Assembly (NCBI GenBank): GCA_965197905.1
Contig: CBDAOB010000003.1
Location: 1 to 64,000, forward strand
DNA from: Candidatus Latescibacterota bacterium
GTDB lineage: Bacteria; Latescibacterota; UBA2968; UBA8231
Length of the DNA: 64,000 nucleotides
Reading direction: 5' to 3'
This document shows positions 46,572 through 55,722 of this stretch, in pieces. Numbering within the stretch: the first letter of the stretch is position 1; the number at the start of each line of letters is the position of its first letter. A model generated the notes under the pieces. That model was not told where the DNA came from. It saw nothing but the letters and a program-made list of their open reading frames with translations, and did no database searches. Both the position numbers and the translations under genes were made by a program.

Positions 46572-48110
46572 ATGAGCGTTCGGTTTTTGAATGCGGAAGA
46601 AGCAGTGGCTACGGTACGAGACGGAGCGACAATTGGGCTGATTGGTGGTGGCGGGGGTCTCGTGGAAGCCTCGTTGCTGCACGAGCAGATGGAGAAGCGG
46701 TTCCTCAGTACCGGGAAGCCGGGGAAGCTCACCTGTATTCATGCCTTGGGTATCGGCGACCGGGAAGCGCGGGGCATGAACCGTTTCGCCCACGAGGGCA
46801 TGGTGCGGCGGGTGATCGGCGGCCATTGGGTATGGTCCCCACGGATGCAGCAACTGGCGCGGGAAAACAAGATCGAGGCCTATGTACTGCCCGGCGGCGT
46901 GCTGATGCAGCTCATGCGCGAGGTTGCGGCGAAGAGACCGGGCTTGATTACGCACGTCGGGTTGGGAACTTTCGTAGATCCGCGGCTCGACGGCGGAAAA
47001 ATGAACGAAGCGGCCACTGAGCCGCTGGTCGAGCACATCACCATCGACAAAAAGGTTTATCTGCGTTACCTGCCGATCCCTGTCGATGTGGCGCTGCTCA
47101 AGGGTTCCGCCGCCGACGAAGAGGGCAACATCAGCCTGGACGAAGAGCCGGCCAATCTGGAGATCTACGCCATGGCCGCGGCGGCTCACAATTCGGGTGG
47201 AACCGTGATCTTCCAGGTTAAACGAATGGTGCCGTCGGGCTCGCTGCCGGCCAGGGAGGTGCGGATTCCATCAGCTATCGTCGATATGGTGGTGGTAGAT
47301 CCCGACCAACGGCAGGGGTACGACTTGGTCTACGATCCGGCCATTTCCGGTGAGCGCCGGGATGATTCACACCAACCCGCTCACCTGGATTTTTCAGTGC
47401 GTGTCGCGATTGCCCGTAGAGCTTCCCAAGAGCTAGTTGAGGGCGCCGTCATAAACTTTGGGTTCGGCATTCCCGATCACGTAGCTTCGATCATCGAGTC
47501 CAAAGGACAACATGATCGCTACTACCAGACGATCGAGCACGGTACCTACGGTGGCAGCCTGTTAACCGGGACCTTGTTCGGATATGCCCGAAATCCGACC
47601 TGCATGATCGACGGACCGTCGCAATTCGATTTCTATTCGGGAGGCGGTTTAGACATTGCCTTTCTCGGCTTTGGCCAGATCGATCGTGCCGGCAACGTCA
47701 ATGCTTCCAAACTGGCGGGGACCACGGTTGGTCCCGGCGGATTTATCGACATCGCACAGAGTGCCCGCAAGACGATTTTCTGCGGTACCTTCGATGCCAA
47801 GGGAACAAAGATCACCACTGGCGATGGGCGCCTGGAAATCGCGGCGCCGGGAAGAGTGCGAAAGTTCGTCGATGATGTGGACCAGATCACGTTCTCCGGC
47901 GAACAAGCGCTATTGCAAGGCCAGGAAGTACTTTATGTCACCGAGCGTGCCGTTTTTCAACTCACTAGAGCGGGGCTGCTGCTGACTGAAATAGCGCCGG
48001 GAGTCGACTTGGGGCGAGACGTCGTCGAGCAAATGGATTTTGAGCCACTTATTACTCAGCCTCCCGCCCTCATGGACGCTCACATCTTTACCGACATTGG
48101 TCATGGCTAA
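46572..48110 (+). CDS. Acyl-CoA:acetate/3-ketoacid CoA-transferase (YdiF/propionate CoA-transferase type)
   Basis: RRVIGGHW, THVGLGTFVDPRLDGG, ADEEGN, INFGFGIP, catalytic TIEHG, QFDFYSGGGLD, GPGGFIDI and YVTERAVF. Confidence 0.9.
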   Translation: MSVRFLNAEEAVATVRDGATIGLIGGGGGLVEASLLHEQMEKRFLSTGKPGKLTCIHALGIGDREARGMNRFAHEGMVRRVIGGHWVWSPRMQQLARENKIEAYVLPGGVLMQLMREVAAKRPGLITHVGLGTFVDPRLDGGKMNEAATEPLVEHITIDKKVYLRYLPIPVDVALLKGSAADEEGNISLDEEPANLEIYAMAAAAHNSGGTVIFQVKRMVPSGSLPAREVRIPSAIVDMVVVDPDQRQGYDLVYDPAISGERRDDSHQPAHLDFSVRVAIARRASQELVEGAVINFGFGIPDHVASIIESKGQHDRYYQTIEHGTYGGSLLTGTLFGYARNPTCMIDGPSQFDFYSGGGLDIAFLGFGQIDRAGNVNASKLAGTTVGPGGFIDIAQSARKTIFCGTFDAKGTKITTGDGRLEIAAPGRVRKFVDDVDQITFSGEQALLQGQEVLYVTERAVFQLTRAGLLLTEIAPGVDLGRDVVEQMDFEPLITQPPALMDAHIFTDIGHG

Positions 48111-48879
48111 GTGGAACCACATCCAAACAGAACGCGATGGTTCGGTGCTGCGGGTGACCATAAACCGCCCCGAGGTCCGCAACGCGTTGAGTCCAACGTC
48201 CCATGCGGAATTGGCGCAGGTGTTCGACGACTTCGCGAACGATGACACGCTGCAGATCGCAACGATCTCGGGAGCCGGCGATCGCGCTTTTTGCGCGGGG
48301 ACCGATCTGAAAGCGAGGTCACAGACCGGCCGGGACGATCACCCGGCAACAGGTTTTGCGGGATTGACGGAGCGTTACAATCTTGCCAAACCGGTGGTCG
48401 CCATTGTCAACGGAGACGCCATCGGCGGCGGTTTGGAATTGGTTCTCGCCTGCGATCTGGCGATTGCAGCTAACACGGCGCGGTTCGGTCTGCCGGAACC
48501 GCAGGTCGGCCTTGCCGCCAGTGGCGGCATACATCGATTGGCGCGTCAGATTCCTTTGAAGCACGCCATGGAAATAACTCTTCTGGGCAAGCTGTTCGAT
48601 GCCGAAACTGCTCTCAGATACGGATTGATCAATGAGGCGGTGGATCCGCGGGCGCTACGCGCAGAGGCCGACCGTCTGGTCGACGAACTCTTGGAAAACG
48701 CCCCGCTCTCTCTGCGCGCGACGAAACAGATGATCTATCGCGGTTTGGATGCTGCATCCCTGGAAGCAGCGTACAATGCTGAGTACCCGGATTTCGAGCA
48801 GATGCTGAACAGCGACGACGCTCGCGAGGGCAGCGCCGCTTTTGTGGAAAAACGAAGGCCTGTTTGGCGGGGCAAATAG
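48103..48879 (+). CDS. Enoyl-CoA hydratase/isomerase (crotonase, CaiD-like)
   Basis: INRPEVRNAL, AFCAGTDLK, VNGDAIGGGLELVLACD, FGLPE and AFVEKRRPVW. Confidence 0.92.
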   Translation: MAKWNHIQTERDGSVLRVTINRPEVRNALSPTSHAELAQVFDDFANDDTLQIATISGAGDRAFCAGTDLKARSQTGRDDHPATGFAGLTERYNLAKPVVAIVNGDAIGGGLELVLACDLAIAANTARFGLPEPQVGLAASGGIHRLARQIPLKHAMEITLLGKLFDAETALRYGLINEAVDPRALRAEADRLVDELLENAPLSLRATKQMIYRGLDAASLEAAYNAEYPDFEQMLNSDDAREGSAAFVEKRRPVWRGK

Positions 48880-48951
48880 CGGATCGCACGTTGGGTACCT
48901 GGCGCCTTGGCGTCAGGATTCCGGGCGAGGACACCAGCGGAGCGATAGAAA

Positions 48952-49386
48952 TTGCCAGACTTCCACGTAGAAACAGGTCATTCCGCGAGCTTCACCAAGA
49001 CCGTGTCGGAAAGCGATGTCTACATGTTCGCGGGGATTACCGGGGATTTTTCCCCCAACCATGTGAACAAGGCATACATGGAGAAGTCATCCTACGGAAA
49101 GTTGATGGTACACGGTGCACTGCTCGTTGGGTTCATGTCCACCGTCTCAACCATGGCCATCGCCCACACCCGCGACGCTGGGGAGACCCCAGTGTCGGCT
49201 GGTTACGACAAGATCCGATTCCTGAAACCGGTTTTTCTCGGAGACACGGTAACCACCCGCTACACCATCGCAGAGATCGACTCACAACGAAAACAGTCCT
49301 TCGCCGACTTGGAGATCACCAATCAAGATGGCGAGCTGGTTGCCGTCGGCCGACACATCCTGCAATGGATTCCGAACGTACCGTGA
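48952..49386 (+). CDS. MaoC-family (R)-specific enoyl-CoA hydratase/dehydratase
   Basis: FAGITGDFSPNH, MVHGAL and IRFLKPVFLGDT. Confidence 0.88.
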   Translation: MPDFHVETGHSASFTKTVSESDVYMFAGITGDFSPNHVNKAYMEKSSYGKLMVHGALLVGFMSTVSTMAIAHTRDAGETPVSAGYDKIRFLKPVFLGDTVTTRYTIAEIDSQRKQSFADLEITNQDGELVAVGRHILQWIPNVP

Positions 49387-50119
49387 CTGACAGTTTCGAT
49401 CTCCAGAATCAGAAGTTCATTGTCACCGGTGCTGCCAAAGGGATCGGGTTGGCGATTAGCCGCAGGCTTGCCGAGCTAGGTGCGAGGGTTTCAGCGTGGG
49501 ATCTGGAGACCGCTGATATTCGCGAGGACAAGGCGTTCACCCACGTGGCGGAAGTGGACGTAACCGATGTGGACGGTGTTCGGGAAGCCACAAAGGAATC
49601 CATCAGCGCGTTGGATGGGCTGCACGGCATGATTGCCAATGCTGGAATCAGTGGACCGACAAGACCGGTCTGGGAGTACACCCTGGCCGAATGGGATCGC
49701 GTGATTCGCGTCGATCTCACCGGCGTTTTCGTCTCCACCCAGGCGGTGCTCGGCCATCTACGACAGGAGGGGTACGGCAGGATCGTGGTCATCGCTTCGG
49801 TGACTGGCAAGGAAGGAAATGCAGGAGCGTGCGCCTACGGCGCCGCCAAAGCTGGCGCTATAGGTTACGCGAAGGACTCGCCCGCGAGCTCCAACCGTCG
49901 AACATCACAGTCAACTGCGTCGCCCCGGCCATCGCTGAAACCGATCTGATGGTGGAGATGACCGACGAGTACATAAAAGAAAAGAAGTCGCTCATACCGA
50001 TGGGACGGTTCTGTGCCACAGGTGAAATCGCCGACATGACGGCGTGGGTAGTTAGTCCGCGCTGTTCGTTTACCACCGGCCAGATCTTTGACCTGTCCGG
50101 TGGCAGAGCGACCTACTAG
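49383..50119 (+). CDS. FabG-like SDR oxidoreductase, one-base frameshift at about 49875
   Basis: VTGAAKGIG, ANAGISG and YGAAK. Adding one G (aagga to aaggga) gives YAKGLARELQPSNITVNCVAP...FDLSGGRATY*. Confidence 0.85.
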
Positions 50120-50126
50120 GCGCCAG

Positions 50127-50957
50127 ATGAGGGAGCTGACGCGGGACGATCTCTGCATCCATCAAGTGTGTATCTGGAAGCAGTGTGGGTTTGCGGACGC
50201 GTTGGCGTGCTTCGCCAGACATGGCATCACGAAGACAGCTATCTGGCACGCCATGCTCCAGAATGCCGGTTTGCCCGACGCCAAAAAAGCGCTGAAGGAT
50301 TCGGGGGTATCGGCGATCGCGGTCTGTCCCATGGTTCTCCACGACGCCGAAAGTCAACTGGACGCCGAAGCCCAACATCAATCCAACCTGATACTTCTAG
50401 ATCAGGCAGCGGAACTAGGCGCCGATTCGGTGATCGCCATTACCGGTGGATTAACTCGTCTTGGCACCGATCTGTCGGCACAAAAGCAGACAGCTTTGCG
50501 CGCGTTGGAGCGGTTGATTCCGGCTGCACGCGAACGAGGACTGCGGCTGAATCTGGAGCCGTTGCATCCGATGGTCTGCGGTTTTCGTTCGGTTATCTCT
50601 ACGCTCGACGAGGCGTGCGAGATGGTGGATAAACTCGACTGTCCAGAGGTGCTGGGTGTGGCCGTCGATTCCTATGCCCTGTGGTGGGATGCAAAACTTG
50701 AAACGCAGATTCTCAACGCCGGCGTACGCATCCACAGTTTCCACGTATCAGACTGGCTCGCGGATACCGCGGACGTCCGCTTGGATCGGGGGATGCCGGG
50801 GGACGGACAGATCAACAACCGGTCGATCAGGTCGTGGGTAGAGCAGGCGGGCTACCGCGGTCCCGTGGAGGTGGAGATTTTCTCGGAACGCAACTGGTGG
50901 CAGCAGTCGCCGGACACGGTCGTCGAGACGATCTGCGAACGGATGAACTTCCTGTAA
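50127..50957 (+). CDS. Sugar phosphate isomerase/epimerase (xylose-isomerase-like TIM barrel)
   Basis: LNLEPLHPM, VAVDSYALWWD, FHVSDW, DRGMPGDG and VEVEIFS. Confidence 0.88.
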   Translation: MRELTRDDLCIHQVCIWKQCGFADALACFARHGITKTAIWHAMLQNAGLPDAKKALKDSGVSAIAVCPMVLHDAESQLDAEAQHQSNLILLDQAAELGADSVIAITGGLTRLGTDLSAQKQTALRALERLIPAARERGLRLNLEPLHPMVCGFRSVISTLDEACEMVDKLDCPEVLGVAVDSYALWWDAKLETQILNAGVRIHSFHVSDWLADTADVRLDRGMPGDGQINNRSIRSWVEQAGYRGPVEVEIFSERNWWQQSPDTVVETICERMNFL

Positions 50958-51010
50958 GGGTGGCAGCGCAGGATCGAGCGGCGCGCAGCGCCCTAAGGAA
51001 AGGGTGGTCA

Positions 51011-51778
51011 ATGAGATCGGCGAACTCCGCCGCCGGTGAACGCGTGAGCAAGCAGAATATGGAACGCGCCATAGAAGCTTTTGTTCGCAGCTACTGTTTC
51101 CAACGAAACTTCACCCAGCCTCATTTCGCAGACCGAGTGGACGGTATCTGGCGGCTGTTCGACGAGCCGGGCCCGAAGGCGCGGCGTGAGGAATTTGTCG
51201 CTTATAGACTGAAGCCGAACAAGGTTCAACAGTTGGCGTCCAAGTTGGCACAGGGTCACTACTGCCTTACCGCCATCCACGGCCAAGGTGAGTCCGGAGA
51301 GGCGCTCCGGGACGAATACAAGGCACTTGGCTACCGGCTCAACGGCCACACCGCGATCATGAGGCACCCGTTGAAACGAATTCCTCGAGTACCGTCACCG
51401 GTTCCGATTCAGCGGGTGTCGACCACGACGATGGCCGACAAACTAGCGAGGGCCGCAAGACGACGACAGATCCTTCCGGAGCACCTGGTGCCGAATCCGC
51501 CGAAACGGAGCTATGTGGCTCTGGTCGATGACCAGGTTATAGGTTGGGTGAGTAGCGTAGTGGACCGGGACGCGACCTACTGTGCCGATATGTACGTGGC
51601 GGCTGCCCATCGCCGTCAGGGTATTGCACGCTCGCTGATGGCGAAGATGCTTCGAGACGATCGTGCCGGTGGTTCGAAGCAGGCAGTGTTGCTGGCAAGC
51701 CAGGCCGGGTCCAAGCTGTATCCGGTGGTTGGGTACGAACGAATAGGAACGGCGATGGTGTTTACGCCAAGGCGGTAG
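51011..51778 (+). CDS. GNAT-family N-acetyltransferase
   Basis: C-terminal MYVAAAHRRQGIARSLM and ASQAGSKLYPVVGY. Start codon uncertain. Confidence 0.8.
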   Translation: MRSANSAAGERVSKQNMERAIEAFVRSYCFQRNFTQPHFADRVDGIWRLFDEPGPKARREEFVAYRLKPNKVQQLASKLAQGHYCLTAIHGQGESGEALRDEYKALGYRLNGHTAIMRHPLKRIPRVPSPVPIQRVSTTTMADKLARAARRRQILPEHLVPNPPKRSYVALVDDQVIGWVSSVVDRDATYCADMYVAAAHRRQGIARSLMAKMLRDDRAGGSKQAVLLASQAGSKLYPVVGYERIGTAMVFTPRR

Positions 51779-51808
51779 CACCTGATGTCGATGTTGTGCC
51801 GCCCATGC

Positions 51809-54562
51809 TCAAGTCGGCATGACGACGATCAGACGCAGTCCGTCGAGACGCACCCTTGCGCGGGCAAAACCTTCATCGAGTTCCGACAGGGCGTCGCCGG
51901 CGGCTTCGATCTCACTGTCGTCGATCGACGGATTGACCTTCGCCAGCTCCTTGAGGCGCGCGACGGTAGGCTCTAGCTCACTACGCATCTGTTCGCGTGC
52001 GGTCGCAGCGATCACCGAGCTTCGTTCAGTCGCAATCTCTCTAGTTCGTACCAGCAGTTTGGGCAGGAGCGCACCCACGTGTGAAAGATCCAGTGAATCA
52101 CTGTCTAGCGGCTCGAGCTGACGGACCCCGTCGCGTAGATCGAGCTCTACCTCCTTTCCCCCAGAATCGATCACGACCCGAATCGGGGTTGGCGGCAGAA
52201 AGCGATCGGCGCGTAGAGCCAGAGCCAGTGTGGGTTCGGCGACGTAAAGCGCTTCGAGCAGCAAGCCCGGTACGCTGCCACCGGTCCTGGCAAAGCTGGC
52301 GTTGCCGATCTCGTGCGCCAGCAGCAGGTCGACGCTGTCGCGCACCATCGGATGGTCCCACGTCAGCAGCGCGCGGTCTGGATGCTCCAGAGCGATGTCG
52401 CGATCAAAGGTCACGCCCATCTCCTGGCCGACGAATCCCGGAAAAGGACGGTGATAGTCTATACCCGCGCGCAAGGCATAGCTGCATTGGCCGATATCCT
52501 CGACGTCGAGTCCGCTGCGCTCGAAAGCATCAACCATGAAGGATTCCAGATCGGTGTTCGATTCCAGACTGGCGATGGCTCGTTGCAGTTTGCGGACGGC
52601 ATCTCGGTCGAACGAAGTCAGCTCGAGCAGGCGATCGCGCCCGATTTCGAGCTCGGCGATGATCTCTGCATTGCGCCTTTTGGCCCGGTCGATCAAGTCA
52701 TCGATCTTCTCTTCGCCTGAGATGAGCAGCGCCTGAATCAGCTCAGTACCGAATTCGCGCTCGATCGCCGGCGATCCGTGCCAGGGACGATCGAACACCT
52801 CCAAGGCCTCGGCATACCAGCGGCGCAAACGAGCCTGCGGCGAGCCTTCAACCGCGAGTGGATAAATATGCACCTCCTCCCCCTGCCCAATGCGGTCAAT
52901 GCGTCCAATCGATTGCTCCAGTCGGTCGGCGCTCAGTGGCAGATCGAGGAGCACGAGATGCCGAGCAACCTGAAAGTTGCGCCCTTCGGCGCCAATGAGT
53001 GAGCTGATCACCATCTGAGGTCCCGCAGCGTCGAGGAACCATGCCGCCTGACGGTCCCGCTCGATTGCACCCATTTTCTCATGGAAGCGTACCACCTTGC
53101 GCCTCGGTGTCGCCAACGCTGAAGAGAAGGCTTCGACCTTGGCCGCATCGGAGCACAGCACGAGCACCTTTTCCATAGCATGATTGTCGAGAAACGCGCC
53201 TAACCATTTCGTTCGTGGATCGGCAGCGACGTCGGGCAGCTGAGAGGCGCCATCCTGTTCGATATCGGCGAGAAACTCTTGTCTCAGGCCTTCGGAATCG
53301 CCCCCAGTCAACTCGATGATCTGCGGCAAACGGCGGGGGAACCCGGGAATTCGCGCCCGGACATTGCGGAACATAACGCGGCCGATACCATGCAGGTCGA
53401 GTAAGCGCCGCAAGAGTCGTTGACTATCTTGGGCCGTCAATAGCGCTTCGAGGTCGGTGTCCGCCAGTCGCTCTCGCAGCAGGTCGAGATCTGGTGTCGT
53501 CAACGGTTCATTGCGTGCCAGCCGTTCCGCTACAGTTGCCAGCTCACGGTAGTGATCCGACTCGCGCCGGTAGGCAGCGATGTCGTGGAATCGCGCTGGG
53601 TCGAGTAGCGCGAGCCGATGGAAATGTGCCTCCTCCCCGTCGCGGTCGGGGGTCGCGCTCAGGAAAATGACATGGTTTGTCTGGACGGCGAGCCGGTCGA
53701 CCAGCGCAAATTCAGCACTCCCTGGTCGAAGGTGATGGGCTTCGTCGACGATGACGATATCCCACTGGATCTGCGCAAAGGATTCACCTACATCGACACC
53801 GAGTGGGCAGACGAAGAGCTGGGCAGAGAGCAACTGCTCGGGTAGATCCTCGCTTTCGAGATCTATGGTGCCGCCGCCGTGTGTATCGTCACCCATGACC
53901 CTGAGGATCAGGTTGAAACGCAGGTAAGCTTCCGCCAGCCATTGGTGGACCAGGGCCGGCGGCACCAGGATCAACGCGTGCTCCACCCGTCCGGTCAGCA
54001 GCATACGGTGTAGAATCAGCAGAGCCTCGATGGTCTTTCCCAGGCCAACCTCATCCGCCAGCAGAACCCGCACGCGGTGGCGTTCGCAGACGTCGCGCGC
54101 GATGGATAGCTGGTGGTCGAACAGGCGGATGCGACCCCCGAGAAATCCCCGGGCCGGCGATGTCAGCATGCGATGGCGGATTTCAAGCGCGTGGCGCCGC
54201 AGGTCGAAGAGACGTGGGTCGTCGACCTGTCCGTTCTGCAGGCGGTTTTCGGGCGTGATGACATCCAGCTCGGCTTCGAGCTCGGCTTCGCTCAATTCCT
54301 GGTTTTCACTGCGATAGCGCAGCAGGGCACCATCCTCGATGACCTCCTGGATCTGAAAGGCGACTCCGCCGGCGCTGTGCGCCTGCTGCCCGACATTCAG
54401 GCGCGCCCGTACAAGAGGGGGATCGGCGACGGCATACCGCCGCATCACCTCTCGGGCAGGAAAAGCGATGACGACCTGGCGACCTTCGACCGCTTCGACC
54501 AGGCCGAGGCCAAGTTCGGGCTCGGTCACGCTGTACCAGCGTTGACCGGGTGTGAATTCCAA
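51809..54562 (-). CDS. rapA: RNA polymerase-associated SWI2/SNF2 ATPase RapA
   Basis: GQRWYSVTEPELGLG, LLADEVGLGKTIEA, VDEAHHL, LSATP, GRVMFRN, GAEGRNFQ, LEQSIGRIDRIGQ, GRDRLLEL and LTWDHPMV. Start taken as TTG 54562. Confidence 0.93.
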   Translation of the reverse strand: MEFTPGQRWYSVTEPELGLGLVEAVEGRQVVIAFPAREVMRRYAVADPPLVRARLNVGQQAHSAGGVAFQIQEVIEDGALLRYRSENQELSEAELEAELDVITPENRLQNGQVDDPRLFDLRRHALEIRHRMLTSPARGFLGGRIRLFDHQLSIARDVCERHRVRVLLADEVGLGKTIEALLILHRMLLTGRVEHALILVPPALVHQWLAEAYLRFNLILRVMGDDTHGGGTIDLESEDLPEQLLSAQLFVCPLGVDVGESFAQIQWDIVIVDEAHHLRPGSAEFALVDRLAVQTNHVIFLSATPDRDGEEAHFHRLALLDPARFHDIAAYRRESDHYRELATVAERLARNEPLTTPDLDLLRERLADTDLEALLTAQDSQRLLRRLLDLHGIGRVMFRNVRARIPGFPRRLPQIIELTGGDSEGLRQEFLADIEQDGASQLPDVAADPRTKWLGAFLDNHAMEKVLVLCSDAAKVEAFSSALATPRRKVVRFHEKMGAIERDRQAAWFLDAAGPQMVISSLIGAEGRNFQVARHLVLLDLPLSADRLEQSIGRIDRIGQGEEVHIYPLAVEGSPQARLRRWYAEALEVFDRPWHGSPAIEREFGTELIQALLISGEEKIDDLIDRAKRRNAEIIAELEIGRDRLLELTSFDRDAVRKLQRAIASLESNTDLESFMVDAFERSGLDVEDIGQCSYALRAGIDYHRPFPGFVGQEMGVTFDRDIALEHPDRALLTWDHPMVRDSVDLLLAHEIGNASFARTGGSVPGLLLEALYVAEPTLALALRADRFLPPTPIRVVIDSGGKEVELDLRDGVRQLEPLDSDSLDLSHVGALLPKLLVRTREIATERSSVIAATAREQMRSELEPTVARLKELAKVNPSIDDSEIEAAGDALSELDEGFARARVRLDGLRLIVVMPT

Positions 54563-54697
54563 TGTTGGCTCGAGAGTCCGAATAATTCCGGTGAGGTTGC
54601 AAGTATATGCTTGTAGTATCCAACGACATTTATATACTGGGTCAAGCGTAGAACCATATATGCACGTCGACACACAGAGCAGTGAGGAGGGATTGAG

Positions 54698-55681
54698 ATG
54701 GCAGATAGTGTGAGGTGGGGTGTGCTGGGGCCGGGCGGCATCGCCCGTCAATTCGCCACCGGTCTGCAGGCAGTGGAAGAGGCGAAACTGGTCGCGGTCG
54801 GTTCACGGGCAAAAGAAACGGCGGACGCTTTTGGCGATGAATTCGAAATACCGCGGCGACATGTCGGGTACGACAAGCTGGCAAACGATAGTGAAGTAGA
54901 TGTCGTCTATGTCGCCACGCCCCATGCATTCCACATGGAAAACACGCTGCTCTGCTTGGAAGCCGGCAAAGCGGTACTTTGCGAGAAGCCGATGGCCATG
55001 AATGCGGGACAATCGCAAATCATGATCGACACAGCGCGAGAGACCGACCTCTTCCTTATGGAGGCGATGTGGACACACTTCTTTCCGGCCATGGCCAAGG
55101 TGCGCGAGCTGGTCGGGAACGGGGCCATCGGCGAGGTCCGGCAGGTCAAAGCGGATTTCTGTTTTCGCGGCGGCTGGAATCCGGAAGCACGGCATTTTAA
55201 CCCGGCGCTCGGCGGCGGAGGATTGTTGGATGTGGGAGTCTACTGCATCGCCTTCGCGCAGATGGTGTTTGGGAGGGAGCCGAGGGAGGTGACCGGGTTT
55301 GCGGATCTGGTAGAGACGGGTACTGATGGGCAGGCGGCTATGGTTCTGTCCTACGACGACGGGGCATTTGCGGTTTTGACCTGTGCGGTGCGCACCAGTT
55401 CGCCCCACGAAGCTTACGTTTTGGGTACGGAAGGGTATATCAGGATCCCGCATAGCTTTTGGAAATCGGATCGCCTTGTGCTTGTAAAAGGCGACGATGA
55501 AGAGGAGTTTGTCTACGATCTACTGGGGAACGGTTTCGGCTATGAGGCCCTGGAAGTTGGGCGTTGTCTGCGCGAAGGTGAACGCGAGAGTTCGATCATG
55601 CCTCTGGAGAAAACCATGGCGATCCAACGGACCATGGATCGCTTGCGAGGCCAGTGGGGACTTAAGTATCCGATGGAGTAG
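54698..55681 (+). CDS. Gfo/Idh/MocA oxidoreductase (dihydrodiol/D-xylose dehydrogenase-like)
   Basis: VRWGVLGPGGIA, VYVATPH, VLCEKP, FLMEAMWT and GGGLLDVGVY. GAGGAGG RBS. Confidence 0.92.
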   Translation: MADSVRWGVLGPGGIARQFATGLQAVEEAKLVAVGSRAKETADAFGDEFEIPRRHVGYDKLANDSEVDVVYVATPHAFHMENTLLCLEAGKAVLCEKPMAMNAGQSQIMIDTARETDLFLMEAMWTHFFPAMAKVRELVGNGAIGEVRQVKADFCFRGGWNPEARHFNPALGGGGLLDVGVYCIAFAQMVFGREPREVTGFADLVETGTDGQAAMVLSYDDGAFAVLTCAVRTSSPHEAYVLGTEGYIRIPHSFWKSDRLVLVKGDDEEEFVYDLLGNGFGYEALEVGRCLREGERESSIMPLEKTMAIQRTMDRLRGQWGLKYPME

Positions 55682-55722
55682 GTTGAAGAGAACCTAGCGA
55701 GTATCCAGAGTAAAGGACGCAC

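Noticed and set aside
51809..54562. SNF2 helicase as part of an anti-phage system (DISARM/Zorya-like)
   Set aside because: Has RapA-specific N- and C-terminal motifs, and there are no methylase, nuclease or other defence genes nearby.
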